Positions 1 through 9,292 of a stretch of DNA of 43,693 nucleotides are shown in pieces. The stretch is from NCBI GenBank assembly GCA_022572805.1, contig JACZVF010000002.1, positions 1 through 43,693 on the forward strand. The letters run 5' to 3'. Made by a program: the position numbers and the translations under genes. Every line of letters begins with the position of its first letter. The first letter of the stretch is position 1. Source of the stretch: Chloroflexota bacterium (GTDB lineage Bacteria > Chloroflexota > Dehalococcoidia > Lucifugimonadales > JADFKI01). The notes beneath the pieces were generated by a model. It saw only the letters and a program-made list of their open reading frames with translations. It had not been told where the DNA came from and ran no database searches.

Positions 1-581
1 GTGACATACTCTTTCAAAGAGACAACCTTGTCCTTTCCTTTGATGCGTGCTAACGCGTCGACGGCCACGACCCGATCGCCTTCAAAGAGCTCGTTGGCGA
101 CCTTTTCGACGTCGTGGACCTTCATAGTGGGGAGGTTGCCTCGGGAGCCCTCGGACCCGGCGATGACAATGCGCGCCTTCGGACTGAGGAGTTGGCCCTC
201 CAACATGCACATGGTCATGACGTGATGGCCAACCAGGGTGGACGCCCACGTAATCTCCACGCCGTCAGAGTTGAACTGTGGTCGCGCTCCCGATGCCCCG
301 GCGTTGAGCAGCAAAAAGTCGATGCTCACGCCGCGTTTCTCCAGCTGTTCACAGGCCGCTCTGGCTGAAGCGACCTCGGAGGTGTCCACCGCGAGTACGT
401 CGAAGCAGTCTGTACCGGTACGCTTGACCAGCGAGGCACGAGCGTCCCCTGCCTTGGCTTCGGATCTGCATGCCAGGATAACTTTGCCCCAACCAGCTTT
501 GGCAAGCTGCGCGGCCGCTTCCAACCCGATGCCCGAGTTTGCCCCCGTGACCAAGGCTGTCTTGTTGCTGGAGTCACTCAT
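1..581 (-). CDS. Short-chain dehydrogenase/reductase (SDR), C-terminus cut by the window edge
   Basis: Absent from the ORF track because it runs off the left edge. My translation from ATG 581-579 gives MSDSSNKTALVTGANSGIGLEAAAQLAKAGWGKVILACRSEAKAG... It carries the TGxxxGIG Rossmann motif of classical SDRs. A purine-rich AAAGGGAGGG lies just upstream (584-593, rc). Confidence 0.8.
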   Translation of the reverse strand, partial: MSDSSNKTALVTGANSGIGLEAAAQLAKAGWGKVILACRSEAKAGDARASLVKRTGTDCFDVLAVDTSEVASARAACEQLEKRGVSIDFLLLNAGASGARPQFNSDGVEITWASTLVGHHVMTMCMLEGQLLSPKARIVIAGSEGSRGNLPTMKVHDVEKVANELFEGDRVVAVDALARIKGKDKVVSLKEYV

Positions 582-1049
582 GGCCCTCCCTTTGGTGTCG
601 AGATTTCTGAGCCTGCGTCCGGACATATAGATGGAATGCAAGATGATTGCGTGTTCTGCAAAGCCCATAATGCCAAATAGCCGCTTCAAACCACCCACGA
701 AGGCCGGGGGATCGTTCTTTCAGGCCAACCTCACGCAAAAGGTGACGTACCGTACCCAGGCCAGCCTCAATCAGATCACAATTCCACGCTTCGCCAAGTT
801 CAGCTGACCAGGAGCGAAACGATATCTTCTTATTCCGTCCAGCATTTCGTCGACCAACTCCACGAACAGCATCACCCCAGAAGTTCGGAAGACAAGCCTC
901 CTGGCATGAACCAATCGTGGCCAAAGTGTGATCTAGGCTGCAAAAAATGATGTTACAAACCCCTCTGCCAGCTTGGGGTACGAGGGGCCTGGCTTTGTTG
1001 GTGTGAGGTTACGGTTTACCTGATGTTACAGGCACGCGTCAAATTGTAA

Positions 1050-2183
1050 TCACCACTGCACGAACATCGGCATGACTACGTGGATGTAGTCGTCGTTGTT
1101 GACTAGCTTCAGGACGCCGGGGCTGGATGGTGACGTGGTCTCCAGGGCGACTTCGCCGCTGCCAAGCACGTCCAGTACCTCCGAAAGGTACTTGGCGTTG
1201 AAGGCAATCTTGGAGTCGTCGCCTTCCACCTGCGCGCTGATCTCCCCCTGGTTGTCGCCAAGCTCCTCTGCCCGGGACGATATCCGCAGCCGGCCGGTGG
1301 AACCGTTGTCGCCACCGGACATCTGCAAGCGGACAATGCCGCTGCCGTCCTTCGCGAAAATCGACGCCGTCCTGGTAGCCCGCAGGAAATCGTCCAGGCC
1401 AACCACGGCCCTGGTGCCGTAGCTTTGTGGTATGAGCTGAGAGTAGTTGGGGAAGGTGCCCTGGATTAGCTGCGACACGATCTCGACGTTGTTCAGCTTG
1501 AACAGGGCCTGACTCTTGTTCGGCGTTACGGTGAACTCCACCAACTCCTCTTGCGATGCGATTGCACGGCTTACCTCTTGCATGGCCTTCGATGGAATGA
1601 TGAAGTTGATCTCCTCCGGCATGGCTTCGGCCAGCTTGCCCTTGTATACGGCCAGCCGGAATCCGTCCGCAGCCGCAAAGGTGAAGTCGTCGCCGGTTAT
1701 CTCGACCTTGACGCCGGTCAGAACCGGCCTGGAGTCTTCCGTGGCGGCGGCAAAGGCTACGTGAGTGATTGCATCGCGCAGCACCTTGGGGTCGATCTTG
1801 CCAACCACACCCGAGTCCACGTTGGGTATGGGCGGGAAGTCCTCCGCATCGGTCCCGTTTATATGGGCCTCGAAGCTGGCGCAATGTAACGCCAGGCCCT
1901 TTGGCTGAGCGGTGGACTCGATATCGATACGTTCGGAAGGCAGAGAGGCCACGAACTCAGTCAGTAGCCTGGCCGGAATGGTGATTGAGCCCTCTTCCTC
2001 CACCTGTGCGCCAATCCAGGTGGTGATGGCAATCTCCAGGTTGGTGGCCGACAGCTTGAGCTGTGACTGGTCCGTCGAGATCAGGACGTTCTGAGTTATG
2101 GGCAGCGTGGTCCGCGTGTTAACGGCCCTCTGTACTGTGGAAAGACCTCGCGCCAGATTCTCTTGCAAACAGGATAGCCGCAT
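1050..2183 (-). CDS. dnaN: DNA polymerase III beta sliding clamp
   Basis: Track ORF 1050..2243. The sequence MRLSCLQENLARGLSTVQRAVNTRTTLPITQNVLI...LKLSATNLEIAI... and its ~378 aa length are typical of the beta clamp. I moved the start to ATG 2183 because a consensus promoter lies inside the longer ORF. Confidence 0.93.
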   Translation of the reverse strand: MRLSCLQENLARGLSTVQRAVNTRTTLPITQNVLISTDQSQLKLSATNLEIAITTWIGAQVEEEGSITIPARLLTEFVASLPSERIDIESTAQPKGLALHCASFEAHINGTDAEDFPPIPNVDSGVVGKIDPKVLRDAITHVAFAAATEDSRPVLTGVKVEITGDDFTFAAADGFRLAVYKGKLAEAMPEEINFIIPSKAMQEVSRAIASQEELVEFTVTPNKSQALFKLNNVEIVSQLIQGTFPNYSQLIPQSYGTRAVVGLDDFLRATRTASIFAKDGSGIVRLQMSGGDNGSTGRLRISSRAEELGDNQGEISAQVEGDDSKIAFNAKYLSEVLDVLGSGEVALETTSPSSPGVLKLVNNDDYIHVVMPMFVQW

Positions 2184-2214
2184 ACCTCTACGTCCCCCTT
2201 CAGTAGCTAGGGTT

Positions 2215-2243
2215 AGTATATGGATGCGAATATCTGGCGTCAA
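2215..2243 (-). promoter_or_regulatory. Sigma70-like promoter for dnaN (TTGACG-N17-TATACT)
   Basis: On the minus strand the -35 TTGACG is at 2243-2238 and the -10 TATACT at 2220-2215, with a 17-nt spacer. This is about 30 nt upstream of the dnaN ATG. Confidence 0.5.
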
Positions 2244-2365
2244 TATTAGAAATCAGCTAATTCGTTGCCGAAACGACGGCATTTAGGCGTTGGCCGTCGG
2301 GTGAAGCCAAGACGCCCCCGTGTGCGACACCGGAAGCGCCTTTAGCCGGTATCCCTTCGCTGTTT

Positions 2366-2842
2366 TTACTGGACGGTTATGGTGCCGACCATGCCCAGCG
2401 CTTCATGGGGTATGCAGATCAGATCGAACGTGCCCGCCTTGTCAAAGGTGAATGTCAAGGTGGAACTCGAACCGCCGTCCACGGGCTCGTCGATCCCAAG
2501 GTCGTCTACCGTGAAGGTGTGGAACTCGGTCTGGGCGTTAAACGTGAAGGTCACGGTTTCTCCGACTTTAAAGGTAAGATTGTCCGGCTTGAACTCATAG
2601 GAGCCGGACCCCGCAGGATCGGCCAGCGTGACCTCGAACTGTGTTCCGCCGGTGGAAGCGCCCGAAGATCCCGATCCGCCTGGCGCGGCAGGGGCCGTCG
2701 GCGTGGCGGCAGGTGGCGGAGGTGGAGGCGAGGCCGGCTGCGCTGTGGCAGGTGCGGGTGCAGCGCCACCTCCGCAGGCAACCAATATGATCGACACGAT
2801 GGACGTCACCACGGCCATTGGCAGTAGTCTTCTTCTAACCAC
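2366..2842 (-). CDS. Type-1 (blue) copper protein, plastocyanin/amicyanin-like lipoprotein
   Basis: The signal peptide has a lipobox (..SIILVAC). A Pro/Ala-rich linker follows. The cupredoxin ligands are present: H in EFHTF plus C-x2-H-x4-M in LICIPHEALGM. GTG 2842 is preferred as the start because GAGGAGG lies 4 nt upstream; the track start is 2872. Confidence 0.85.
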   Translation of the reverse strand: MVRRRLLPMAVVTSIVSIILVACGGGAAPAPATAQPASPPPPPPAATPTAPAAPGGSGSSGASTGGTQFEVTLADPAGSGSYEFKPDNLTFKVGETVTFTFNAQTEFHTFTVDDLGIDEPVDGGSSSTLTFTFDKAGTFDLICIPHEALGMVGTITVQ

Positions 2843-2959
2843 GATTCCTCCTCTGAAGTTGGTAGCCCTCAAATCAGCGGGTAAGGGCTATGGATTTGCC
2901 CGCCCGCGACGTTAGTGAACTATTTCACATGGTACCATTCGGCGAAACTTACAGTCAAT

Positions 2960-2971
2960 GAAAACATGTTA
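2960..2971. promoter_or_regulatory. Weaker candidate LexA (Cheo-type) box GAAAACATGTTA
   Basis: It has two mismatches to GAAC-N4-GTTC. It lies in the divergent cupredoxin/lexA intergenic region, next to a possible minus-strand -35 TTGACT (2958-2953). Confidence 0.3.
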
Positions 2972-2982
2972 CTAATTATCGC

Positions 2983-3030
2983 TTGACACGTCTGTTCTAA
3001 AGCTGCTACGCTGCACCAGAACATTAGTAC
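2983..3030 (+). promoter_or_regulatory. lexA promoter (TTGACA-N18-TACGCT) with candidate SOS box GAACATTAGTAC
   Basis: The -35 TTGACA is at 2983-2988 and the -10-like TACGCT at 3007-3012. GAAC-N4-GTAC at 3019-3030 has one mismatch to the Gram-positive/Dehalococcoides-type GAAC-N4-GTTC box. It overlaps the expected transcription start, consistent with autoregulation. Confidence 0.5.
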
Positions 3031-3076
3031 TTTACAGTAGCGTTCGCCTATTGAGGTGGCGTCCGGGGAGGCTCAA

Positions 3077-3724
3077 GTGAAGACCAAAGGCAAATTGTCG
3101 CCGCGCCAGGACAGAATATTCGAATACATTCGAGAGTTCATGGATGACCACCAGTTCCCACCTACTGTAAGGGATATCCAGGCAGGATGTGAGATCAGTT
3201 CGACGTCTGTAGTTGACTACAACCTGCACATTCTGCAGCGGGAAGGCTACCTCCGCCGCCTGCCCGAGGTGTCCAGGGGAATAGAGCTGGTGGGCGTGCA
3301 GCGTGGGCCCAAAGTCGACATGGTAAGTGTACCTCTGGTCGGAAGCATCGCCGCCGGAGAACCGCTGCACATACCGGCCGCCGGGGACAGGCTGTCGGAC
3401 GAGTTCGAGACCCTTGACCTGCCGGCGTTCCTGACGGGCGGGAGGTCCAATGTTTACGGCCTGCGCGTCAAGGGCGATTCCATGATAGACGCGTTCATAA
3501 CCGATGGGGACCTGGTCCTCATGGAACCCACAAGCACCGCTGAGGCCGGCGATATGGTCGCCGCCGAAATCGTGGACATGGGGGAGGTAACCCTGAAGCG
3601 CTTCTTCCTGGAGGGCGATATGGTGCGCCTGCAGCCGGAGAATGCCTCCATGGAACCCATCATAGTGCCTGCGGACCGCGTGGCGGTGCGTGGCCGTGTT
3701 GTGGGCGTTATCCGGACCCTTTAA
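3077..3724 (+). CDS. lexA: LexA SOS repressor (S24 peptidase)
   Basis: There is a winged-HTH N-terminus (LSPRQDRIFEYIREF...PPTVRDIQ). The Ala-Gly cleavage site (VGSIAAGEP), catalytic Ser (KGDSM) and Lys (TLKRF) are all present. GTG 3077 is preferred over 3056 because GGGGAGG lies 6 nt upstream. Confidence 0.93.
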   Translation: MKTKGKLSPRQDRIFEYIREFMDDHQFPPTVRDIQAGCEISSTSVVDYNLHILQREGYLRRLPEVSRGIELVGVQRGPKVDMVSVPLVGSIAAGEPLHIPAAGDRLSDEFETLDLPAFLTGGRSNVYGLRVKGDSMIDAFITDGDLVLMEPTSTAEAGDMVAAEIVDMGEVTLKRFFLEGDMVRLQPENASMEPIIVPADRVAVRGRVVGVIRTL

Positions 3725-3750
3725 TTTAGACCCTCCTTTTTCGTGTGGCG

Positions 3751-3784
3751 AAGACCGGGCTGTCAAAGGCCCGGTCTTTTCTGG
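3751..3784 (+). terminator. Intrinsic terminator after lexA
   Basis: AAGACCGGGC (3751-3760) pairs with GCCCGGTCTT (3769-3778) around an 8-nt loop, and TTCT follows. Confidence 0.6.
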
Positions 3785-3960
3785 CTACGCGCTCCTTGCT
3801 GCCTCTCGCCGACATGCGCGGCGCAAGAGCGAATGGCGAGCGGGAGCGTTCTTCGTCATGACTTCCTCACGTGCGTTTCCTTAGAGTAAGGCCGTCACTG
3901 AGCGTTTAGTCTGAGCGATGTCCGTATGCCGCCAGGCTCCAGGACATCCGCGGCCTGCCG

Positions 3961-4015
3961 TTGACTTGCATTGAGATAGTGCTATGATATATGCAAACCC
4001 CCTCCCCGGGGGTAT
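3961..4015 (+). promoter_or_regulatory. csoR-copA promoter (TTGACT-N16-TATGAT) plus G/C-tract inverted repeat (candidate CsoR operator)
   Basis: The -35 is at 3961-3966 and the -10 at 3983-3988. ACCCCC-tcccc-GGGGGT followed by AT (3997-4015) sits just downstream of the -10. Known CsoR operators are GC-tract inverted repeats ending in GGGGTA(T). Confidence 0.55.
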
Positions 4016-4039
4016 GGGTTAAGGACAAAGAGGTGTCAA

Positions 4040-4333
4040 ATGCCGAGTTCACAGAAGTATGTAGACCTACCACCAGCGAAGAAGGATGCTCTCAAGCGGC
4101 TGAGCTATATCGAGGGCCACCTGGCGGGCATCCGGCGCATGGTGGAGGAAGATAAGTATTGTGTGGACGTTCTGAAACAGACGTTCGCGGTGCGGCGCGC
4201 GATTCAAAAGCTGGAGTCCAAGCTTCTTGAGGGCCACCTCCACTCATGCGTGATTGAGGGCGTTCGAAACGGCCGCGAGGATGAGGTCCTGGGAGAGCTG
4301 ATGGAGCTCTATTCACTGGCGGACAAGGGGTAA
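4040..4333 (+). CDS. csoR: CsoR/RcnR-family copper-sensing repressor
   Basis: 97 aa, all-helical. It has the Cys (KYCVDV) and the His/Cys pair (GHLHSC) of the CsoR Cu(I) site. It lies 3 nt upstream of copA. Confidence 0.88.
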   Translation: MPSSQKYVDLPPAKKDALKRLSYIEGHLAGIRRMVEEDKYCVDVLKQTFAVRRAIQKLESKLLEGHLHSCVIEGVRNGREDEVLGELMELYSLADKG

Positions 4334-4336
4334 TAC

Positions 4337-6820
4337 ATGGTTACATCCACTGACGATCAGAAGCTAACTATTCCAATCAAGGGCATGACTTGCGCCTCAT
4401 GCGTTTCCCATGTGGCCGGTGCGTTGGAGGAGGTGCCCGGCGTCGACGAGGTAAACGTCAACCTCGCCACGGAGAAGGCGACTGTTGGCCTCCTCAAGAA
4501 CGAGGTTGATCTGGACTCACTCATCGATGCCGTGGAGGACGCTGGATATGGCGTCGGCACTGAAAAGGTCATTCTGGCGGTTGGCAACATGACGTGCGCC
4601 TCATGTGTTGGTCATGTGGAGAAAGCCCTGGCTTCTGTTCAGGGGGTACGGTCCGCCAACGTGAATCTGGCCACGGAAAGAGCCACAATCGAGTACGTAC
4701 CAGGGGTAGCCGGTATTTCGGCAATGCGGCACGCCGTGGAGGACTCCGGCTACACCGTTATCACAGTGGTAGGTGATGAGCACGACGACGCAGCCACGCC
4801 TAAGGATGCTCTGGTGCTGCGCAGCAAGTTCACCGCCAGCCTTGTTGTTGCGGGCGTAATAATGGCTTTCATGTTCATTCCAGGGGCCATGAGATTGGTC
4901 CCATTTGAGTTGAACTACCTCTTGCTGGCGCTGGCCACGCCCATACAGTTCTGGGCGGGCAGGCAGTTCTACAGGGGCGCCTGGGGTGCGTTGAAGCACG
5001 GCACCAGCAACATGAATACGCTCATCGCCGTGGGCACGTCTGTAGCGTTCTTTTATAGCGTAGCTGTGACCTTGTTCGCGGGCACATCATTTTTCCAGGG
5101 CCAAGACGTCGAGACCTTTTTCGACACCTCCACGGCCATCATCGGTCTGGTCCTGCTGGGCAAGTATTTGGAGGCCCGGGCCAAGAGCAGGGCGTCCAAT
5201 GCAATCAAGTCGCTGATGGGCATGCAACCCAAGACAGCAAGAGTAATCAGAGACGGGGCTGACGTAGAGATATCCATTGAAGACCTTGAGGTCGGCGACC
5301 TGGTGCTGGTCCGGCCTGGCGAGAGAGTGCCTGTGGATGGCGTGATCACTGAGGGCTCATCCACTGTGGACGAGTCCATGCTCACGGGCGAGAGCCTTCC
5401 CGTCGAGAAGACGGCAGGAAGCGAAGTCTTCGGCGCGACCGTCAATACCACGGGCAGCTTTACGTTCCAGGCCAAAAGCGTTGGGCGGGACACAATGCTG
5501 TCTCAGATCGTGAGGCTGGTGGAAGAGGCGCAGGGCTCCAAAGCCCCCATACAGCGGACCGCCGACCTCATTGCGGCTTATTTCGTGCCGGCCGTCATAG
5601 GTGTCGCGGCTCTGACCTTCGCCGTGTGGCTGGCGCTGGGCCCGTCGCCGTCTTACGTCCACGCGATCTTGACGGCGGTTGCCGTGCTAATAATAGCCTG
5701 CCCGTGCGCCATGGGTCTGGCGACGCCTGCAGCAATAATGGTCGGCACCGGCAAGGGCGCCGAGAGCGGCATCCTCATCCGTAGCGCCGCCGCCCTGGAG
5801 CGGGCTCACAAGGTACAGGTGGTGGTGCTGGACAAGACCGGCACGCTCACTGTCGGCAAGCCGTCCGTCACCGATATTGTTGAGGGCGGCATGAATGAAA
5901 CCGAGCTCCTGACACTAGCCGCCTCGGTGGAGCGGTCGTCGGAGCACCCCCTGGGACAGGCCATTGTTGATGCGGCGCGTGAGCGGCAGTTGCAACTGGT
6001 CGATGTGCGAGATTTCAACGCCCTGCCGGGCTTCGGTGTGAAGGCCGAGGTAAACGGCGCAACGCTGTCTTTGGGTAATTTGGCGTTGATGCAGCAAGAC
6101 GGCCTGCACCTGAATGGGCTGGAGGCGAAGGCGCAGGAGCTGTCGAGTCAGGGCAAGACTGCGATGTTCGTGGGTTCCAAGGGCGAGGTGCAGGGCATCA
6201 TCGCAGTGGCCGACACGCTACGTCCGGAGTCCAGGAACGCCGTTAAGGCAATGCGAGCCCAGGGCCTGGAGGTGGTGATGCTCACCGGCGACAACGAGCG
6301 CACGGCAAACGCCATAGCCGCCTTGCTGGATGTGGATAGGGTGGTGGCGGAGGTGCTGCCCGGCGACAAGGCCGAGCAGATCAGGGCTATTCAAGCCGAA
6401 GGAAAGGCAGTTGCCATGGTCGGCGATGGCATAAACGATGCCCCGGCGCTGGCGCAGGCCGACGTGGGAATCGCCATCGGCACCGGCACCGACGTTGCCA
6501 TGGAGGCGGCCGACATCACGCTGGTGCGGGCGGACCTTCACGGCGTGTCCACCGCCATAAGCCTGAGCAAGGCGACGATGCGTACTATCAAGCAAAACCT
6601 GTTCTGGGCGTTCGCCTACAACGTGGCGCTAATACCGATAGCGGCCGGCGTCCTGTTCCCGCTGTTCTCTGATGGCAGCGTACCCACAGCCTTGCGTCCG
6701 ATCCTGGGAGAGTTCGGCTTTCTGAATCCTATTCTGGCCGCCGGCGCCATGGCCATCAGCTCTGTTACAGTGCTTACCAATTCGCTCAGGCTACGCCGAT
6801 TCAAGGTCAAGTCCGGTTAA
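4337..6820 (+). CDS. copA: Cu(I)-translocating P1B-type ATPase
   Basis: Two N-terminal HMA domains carry GMTCASC. The CPC motif ([11 protein letters not shown]), DKTGTLT, TGDN and [10 protein letters not shown] motifs are all present. Confidence 0.95.
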   Translation: MVTSTDDQKLTIPIKGMTCASCVSHVAGALEEVPGVDEVNVNLATEKATVGLLKNEVDLDSLIDAVEDAGYGVGTEKVILAVGNMTCASCVGHVEKALASVQGVRSANVNLATERATIEYVPGVAGISAMRHAVEDSGYTVITVVGDEHDDAATPKDALVLRSKFTASLVVAGVIMAFMFIPGAMRLVPFELNYLLLALATPIQFWAGRQFYRGAWGALKHGTSNMNTLIAVGTSVAFFYSVAVTLFAGTSFFQGQDVETFFDTSTAIIGLVLLGKYLEARAKSRASNAIKSLMGMQPKTARVIRDGADVEISIEDLEVGDLVLVRPGERVPVDGVITEGSSTVDESMLTGESLPVEKTAGSEVFGATVNTTGSFTFQAKSVGRDTMLSQIVRLVEEAQGSKAPIQRTADLIAAYFVPAVIGVAALTFAVWLALGPSPSYVHAILTAVAVLIIACPCAMGLATPAAIMVGTGKGAESGILIRSAAALERAHKVQVVVLDKTGTLTVGKPSVTDIVEGGMNETELLTLAASVERSSEHPLGQAIVDAARERQLQLVDVRDFNALPGFGVKAEVNGATLSLGNLALMQQDGLHLNGLEAKAQELSSQGKTAMFVGSKGEVQGIIAVADTLRPESRNAVKAMRAQGLEVVMLTGDNERTANAIAALLDVDRVVAEVLPGDKAEQIRAIQAEGKAVAMVGDGINDAPALAQADVGIAIGTGTDVAMEAADITLVRADLHGVSTAISLSKATMRTIKQNLFWAFAYNVALIPIAAGVLFPLFSDGSVPTALRPILGEFGFLNPILAAGAMAISSVTVLTNSLRLRRFKVKSG

Positions 6821-6862
6821 TCAAACCGTTCGCAGTTACCACTGGCAATTCGAGGAGAAGAA

Positions 6863-7066
6863 ATGAAAATCCCATTGATCAATCGAGGTGGCGGAGAGAC
6901 GGCGGTCGACCCGGTGTGCCACATGGATGTGGATATGGCCAAGCCTAATGGCGGCACATTCGAGCACAAGGGCGATACGTACTACTTTTGCGGTCCGGGC
7001 TGCAACAGGGCCTTCGAGAAGGACCCTGAAGCCTACCTGTCCGGCGAAAAAAAGATGGAGATGTAA
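6863..7066 (+). CDS. YHS/TRASH-domain small metal-binding protein
   Basis: DPVCHMDV...YYFCGPGCNRAFEKDPEAY matches the YHS domain pattern. The RBS is GAGGAGAAG. It is the third gene of the copper operon. Confidence 0.8.
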   Translation: MKIPLINRGGGETAVDPVCHMDVDMAKPNGGTFEHKGDTYYFCGPGCNRAFEKDPEAYLSGEKKMEM

Positions 7067-7096
7067 AACGGCCTGGCTCCCCAATGACGGCTACCA

Positions 7097-7131
7097 GAGG
7101 CCGCGCACACTAATGCGCGGCCTCACTTTTC
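7097..7131 (+). terminator. Intrinsic terminator after the copper operon
   Basis: A perfect 11-bp stem, GAGGCCGCGCA (7097-7107) with TGCGCGGCCTC (7114-7124), encloses a 6-nt loop and is followed by a T-tract. Confidence 0.75.
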
Positions 7132-7309
7132 TCTGTACAATGACAGGGTATATGGACGAGAAGCCGGGTGTTGGCGGAGTCGCGTACATCTTGGTTCGCG
7201 TAAGGATGTCAGTGCCAACATGTCGAGTGCGCGACCTGCAAAATGTCATGCCAATCTATCAAGTGTGGTGCGCCGGCCGGCCAATGCGAATCCAGGTCAT
7301 CCGGAACAA

Positions 7310-7395
7310 GCCGAAGTGGCGGAATGGTAGACGCGACGGTCTCAAAAACCGTTGTCCTCACGGACGTGTCGGTTCGACTCCGACCTTCGGCACCA
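7310..7395 (+). tRNA. tRNA-Leu (anticodon CAA), long variable arm, CCA encoded
   Basis: The acceptor stem is GCCGAAG/CTTCGGC. The anticodon stem-loop is ACGGT-CTCAAAA-ACCGT. The variable arm is GTCC..GGAC and the T arm GTCGG-TTCGACT-CCGAC. The gene ends in ACCA. Confidence 0.9.
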
Positions 7396-7402
7396 GCATA
7401 AC

Positions 7403-7440
7403 AAAGCCGCTCCTGGTATATCGCCGAGAGCGGCTTTTCC
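7403..7440 (+). terminator. Possible terminator after the tRNA
   Basis: AAAGCCGCTC (7403-7412) pairs with GAGCGGCTTT (7428-7437) and is followed by TCC. The loop is large (15 nt). Confidence 0.4.
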
Positions 7441-7676
7441 TTGTAAAAAAGACAAATGTTCACGGAGCTATGTTGTTCATGCTTGGTGTTCTTCGGCTTC
7501 AGACAAGACAGGGGCCCCCCCAATCTCGGCAGTGGGAGCCTTTTGTTACAGACTCGGCTAGAGGGGCGATGGCGACGTTGTTTCCGCGGCCGCCGCAACG
7601 ACATTGGAGATACTCCGCCACTTCATCGCCCGTCATCACTATGCCGCCTTTGCCCTACGTCGTTTGGCGCGACCCG

Positions 7677-8158
7677 TTATCCACGAACGCTCTTGGCCGC
7701 GCTGAATCCACCCGCGCCTATCATGCCGAGTCCGCAAATGGCGACCACGGTGTAATAAATTGGCGGCACCAGGTCTGAAATGGACTGGGCGCCGGCCAAG
7801 CTGCAGATGCCGGTCGACGGCCCAGACGTTACCGCATGGGAGATGAAGGTAGGCCCGAGGACCAAACCGAAGATGAGGAACAGAATTCCTCCGAATAGGG
7901 CCAGAACTGGTACCTAATATGTGCTCTTGGGAGCGCCCAACTCTGCCATGACCTGGCGCCTGTAGCATGGGGATATCTCGACTCTTTCCAGTACCGCAAC
8001 GATCTCTGCGGCACCCACGAGCCGGTGTGGCCTTCGTCCAGCACCGGTATCGCCGTATCTTTCAGACGGTGCGGTTCGGGAGACAGCTCAGCTGCCATCT
8101 GCTTCAGATCGGCGTTGTTCCGCTTTATGGCGTTGACCACCTGATGTCGTGGTAACAT
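7677..8158 (-). pseudogene. Possible decayed gene: HTH-like segment, in-frame TAG, then a two-TM segment
   Basis: In one frame, VGAAEIVAVLERVEISPCYRRQVMAELGAPKSTY (8018-7917) is followed by TAG (7916-7914). The same frame then continues as VPVLALFGGILFLIFGLVLGPTF...YYTVVAICGLGMIGAGGF...* to 7677. The membrane part has no well-placed start codon. An upstream ATG (8158) is in a different frame. Confidence 0.3.
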
Positions 8159-8185
8159 CTGCCTGATTGACCGAAAGGACGAAAC

Positions 8186-9292
8186 ATGCCTGAATCCACA
8201 GTGATTATCTGCGTTGACGGCCTTGACCCTGAATACCTCGACGCGTGCGAGACCCCTAATCTGCGAGAGCTGGCCCGCAAAGGATTCCTGAAAACAGGCC
8301 GCAGCATGATGCCGTCGGTAACCAACGTCAACAACGTCTCGCTCATAACGGCTAGCTACCCCGAGAGCCATGGAATAAGCTCGAACTACCGGCTGGTACG
8401 CGAGACCGGCGAGGAAATCTACATGGAGTCTTCGGAATACATTCTGACGGAGACGATATTCCAAAGAGCCGCGAAGGTCGGCAAAACCTCGCTGATCGTT
8501 ACTTCGAAGGACAAGCTTCGGACGTTGCTGACGGACGGCGCTACGTTGGCCTTGTCATCCGAGCAACCGTTGGATTGGGTTGTGAAAGAAATCGGCGAAC
8601 CGCCGCCGATTTATTCGCTGGAGGTCAATGGCTGGATGATACGCGCCGGTGATCTCGTAATGTCCCGGCGCGGGCCGTTTGATATCGTTTACCTGACGAC
8701 GACAGATTACGCAATGCACACCTACGCGCCGGACGAGCCGGAGTCGCAGCAGCACCTGACTATTCTGGATGACGCCATCGGTGACCTTGTGGCACACCAT
8801 CCCGACGTTACCCTGCTGCTTACTGCAGACCACGGCATGTCGTCAAAGCGTGAGATGGTGGACTTGAAGGCAGCGCTGTCGAAATACGGCATCGCAGCCA
8901 GGGCTGTGCCGATTATCAAGGACCGGTACACCGTGCATCATTCCAACCTGGGGGGGTTCATGTTTGTGTACCTGGACCATATTTCGGAGACGCCAGAGGC
9001 GGCGAAGGTGCTCCGGGAGACGACAGGTGTCGACTACGTTCTCACGCGCGAGGAAGCGGCGGATGAGCTGCGCCTGCACTACGAGCGCATCGGCGACCTC
9101 GTGGTCAACGGCACGAAGGACGTTGTATTTGGGGACCCCAACGAGGTTGAACTCCCGCCGCGCCTACGTTCGCACGCCTCCACGTACGAGCAGGCCATTC
9201 CGCTGCTGGGATACAATGGCGACTTCGACGGCTTCACCTTCGAGGAAAACCGCGACCTGGGCCGTTACGTCTTCGAGCGCGTGCTGGCATAG
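8186..9292 (+). CDS. Alkaline-phosphatase-superfamily hydrolase (nucleotide pyrophosphatase/phosphodiesterase or phosphonoacetate-hydrolase-like)
   Basis: CVDGLDPEYL, PSVTNVNN (a Thr nucleophile context) and the metal-ligand motif LTADHGM are present. At 368 aa the length fits the NPP/PhnA branch. Confidence 0.75.
   Translation: MPESTVIICVDGLDPEYLDACETPNLRELARKGFLKTGRSMMPSVTNVNNVSLITASYPESHGISSNYRLVRETGEEIYMESSEYILTETIFQRAAKVGKTSLIVTSKDKLRTLLTDGATLALSSEQPLDWVVKEIGEPPPIYSLEVNGWMIRAGDLVMSRRGPFDIVYLTTTDYAMHTYAPDEPESQQHLTILDDAIGDLVAHHPDVTLLLTADHGMSSKREMVDLKAALSKYGIAARAVPIIKDRYTVHHSNLGGFMFVYLDHISETPEAAKVLRETTGVDYVLTREEAADELRLHYERIGDLVVNGTKDVVFGDPNEVELPPRLRSHASTYEQAIPLLGYNGDFDGFTFEENRDLGRYVFERVLA

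Noticed and set aside
574-924. 116-aa minus-strand ORF upstream of the partial SDR
   Set aside because: Its composition is poor (W/R/C-rich) and it overlaps the SDR RBS and start. A neighbouring frame shows a short regulator-like stretch (..FVELVDEMLDGIRRY..), so the region may be a decayed regulator. I cannot support any intact gene there.
1039-1884. 281-aa minus-strand ORF overlapping dnaN in another frame
   Set aside because: The dnaN frame is unambiguous. This frame is Arg/Gly/Gln-rich noise.
6888-7778. 296-aa plus-strand ORF
   Set aside because: It runs out of frame through the YHS gene, the terminator and the tRNA-Leu gene, so it is an artefact.
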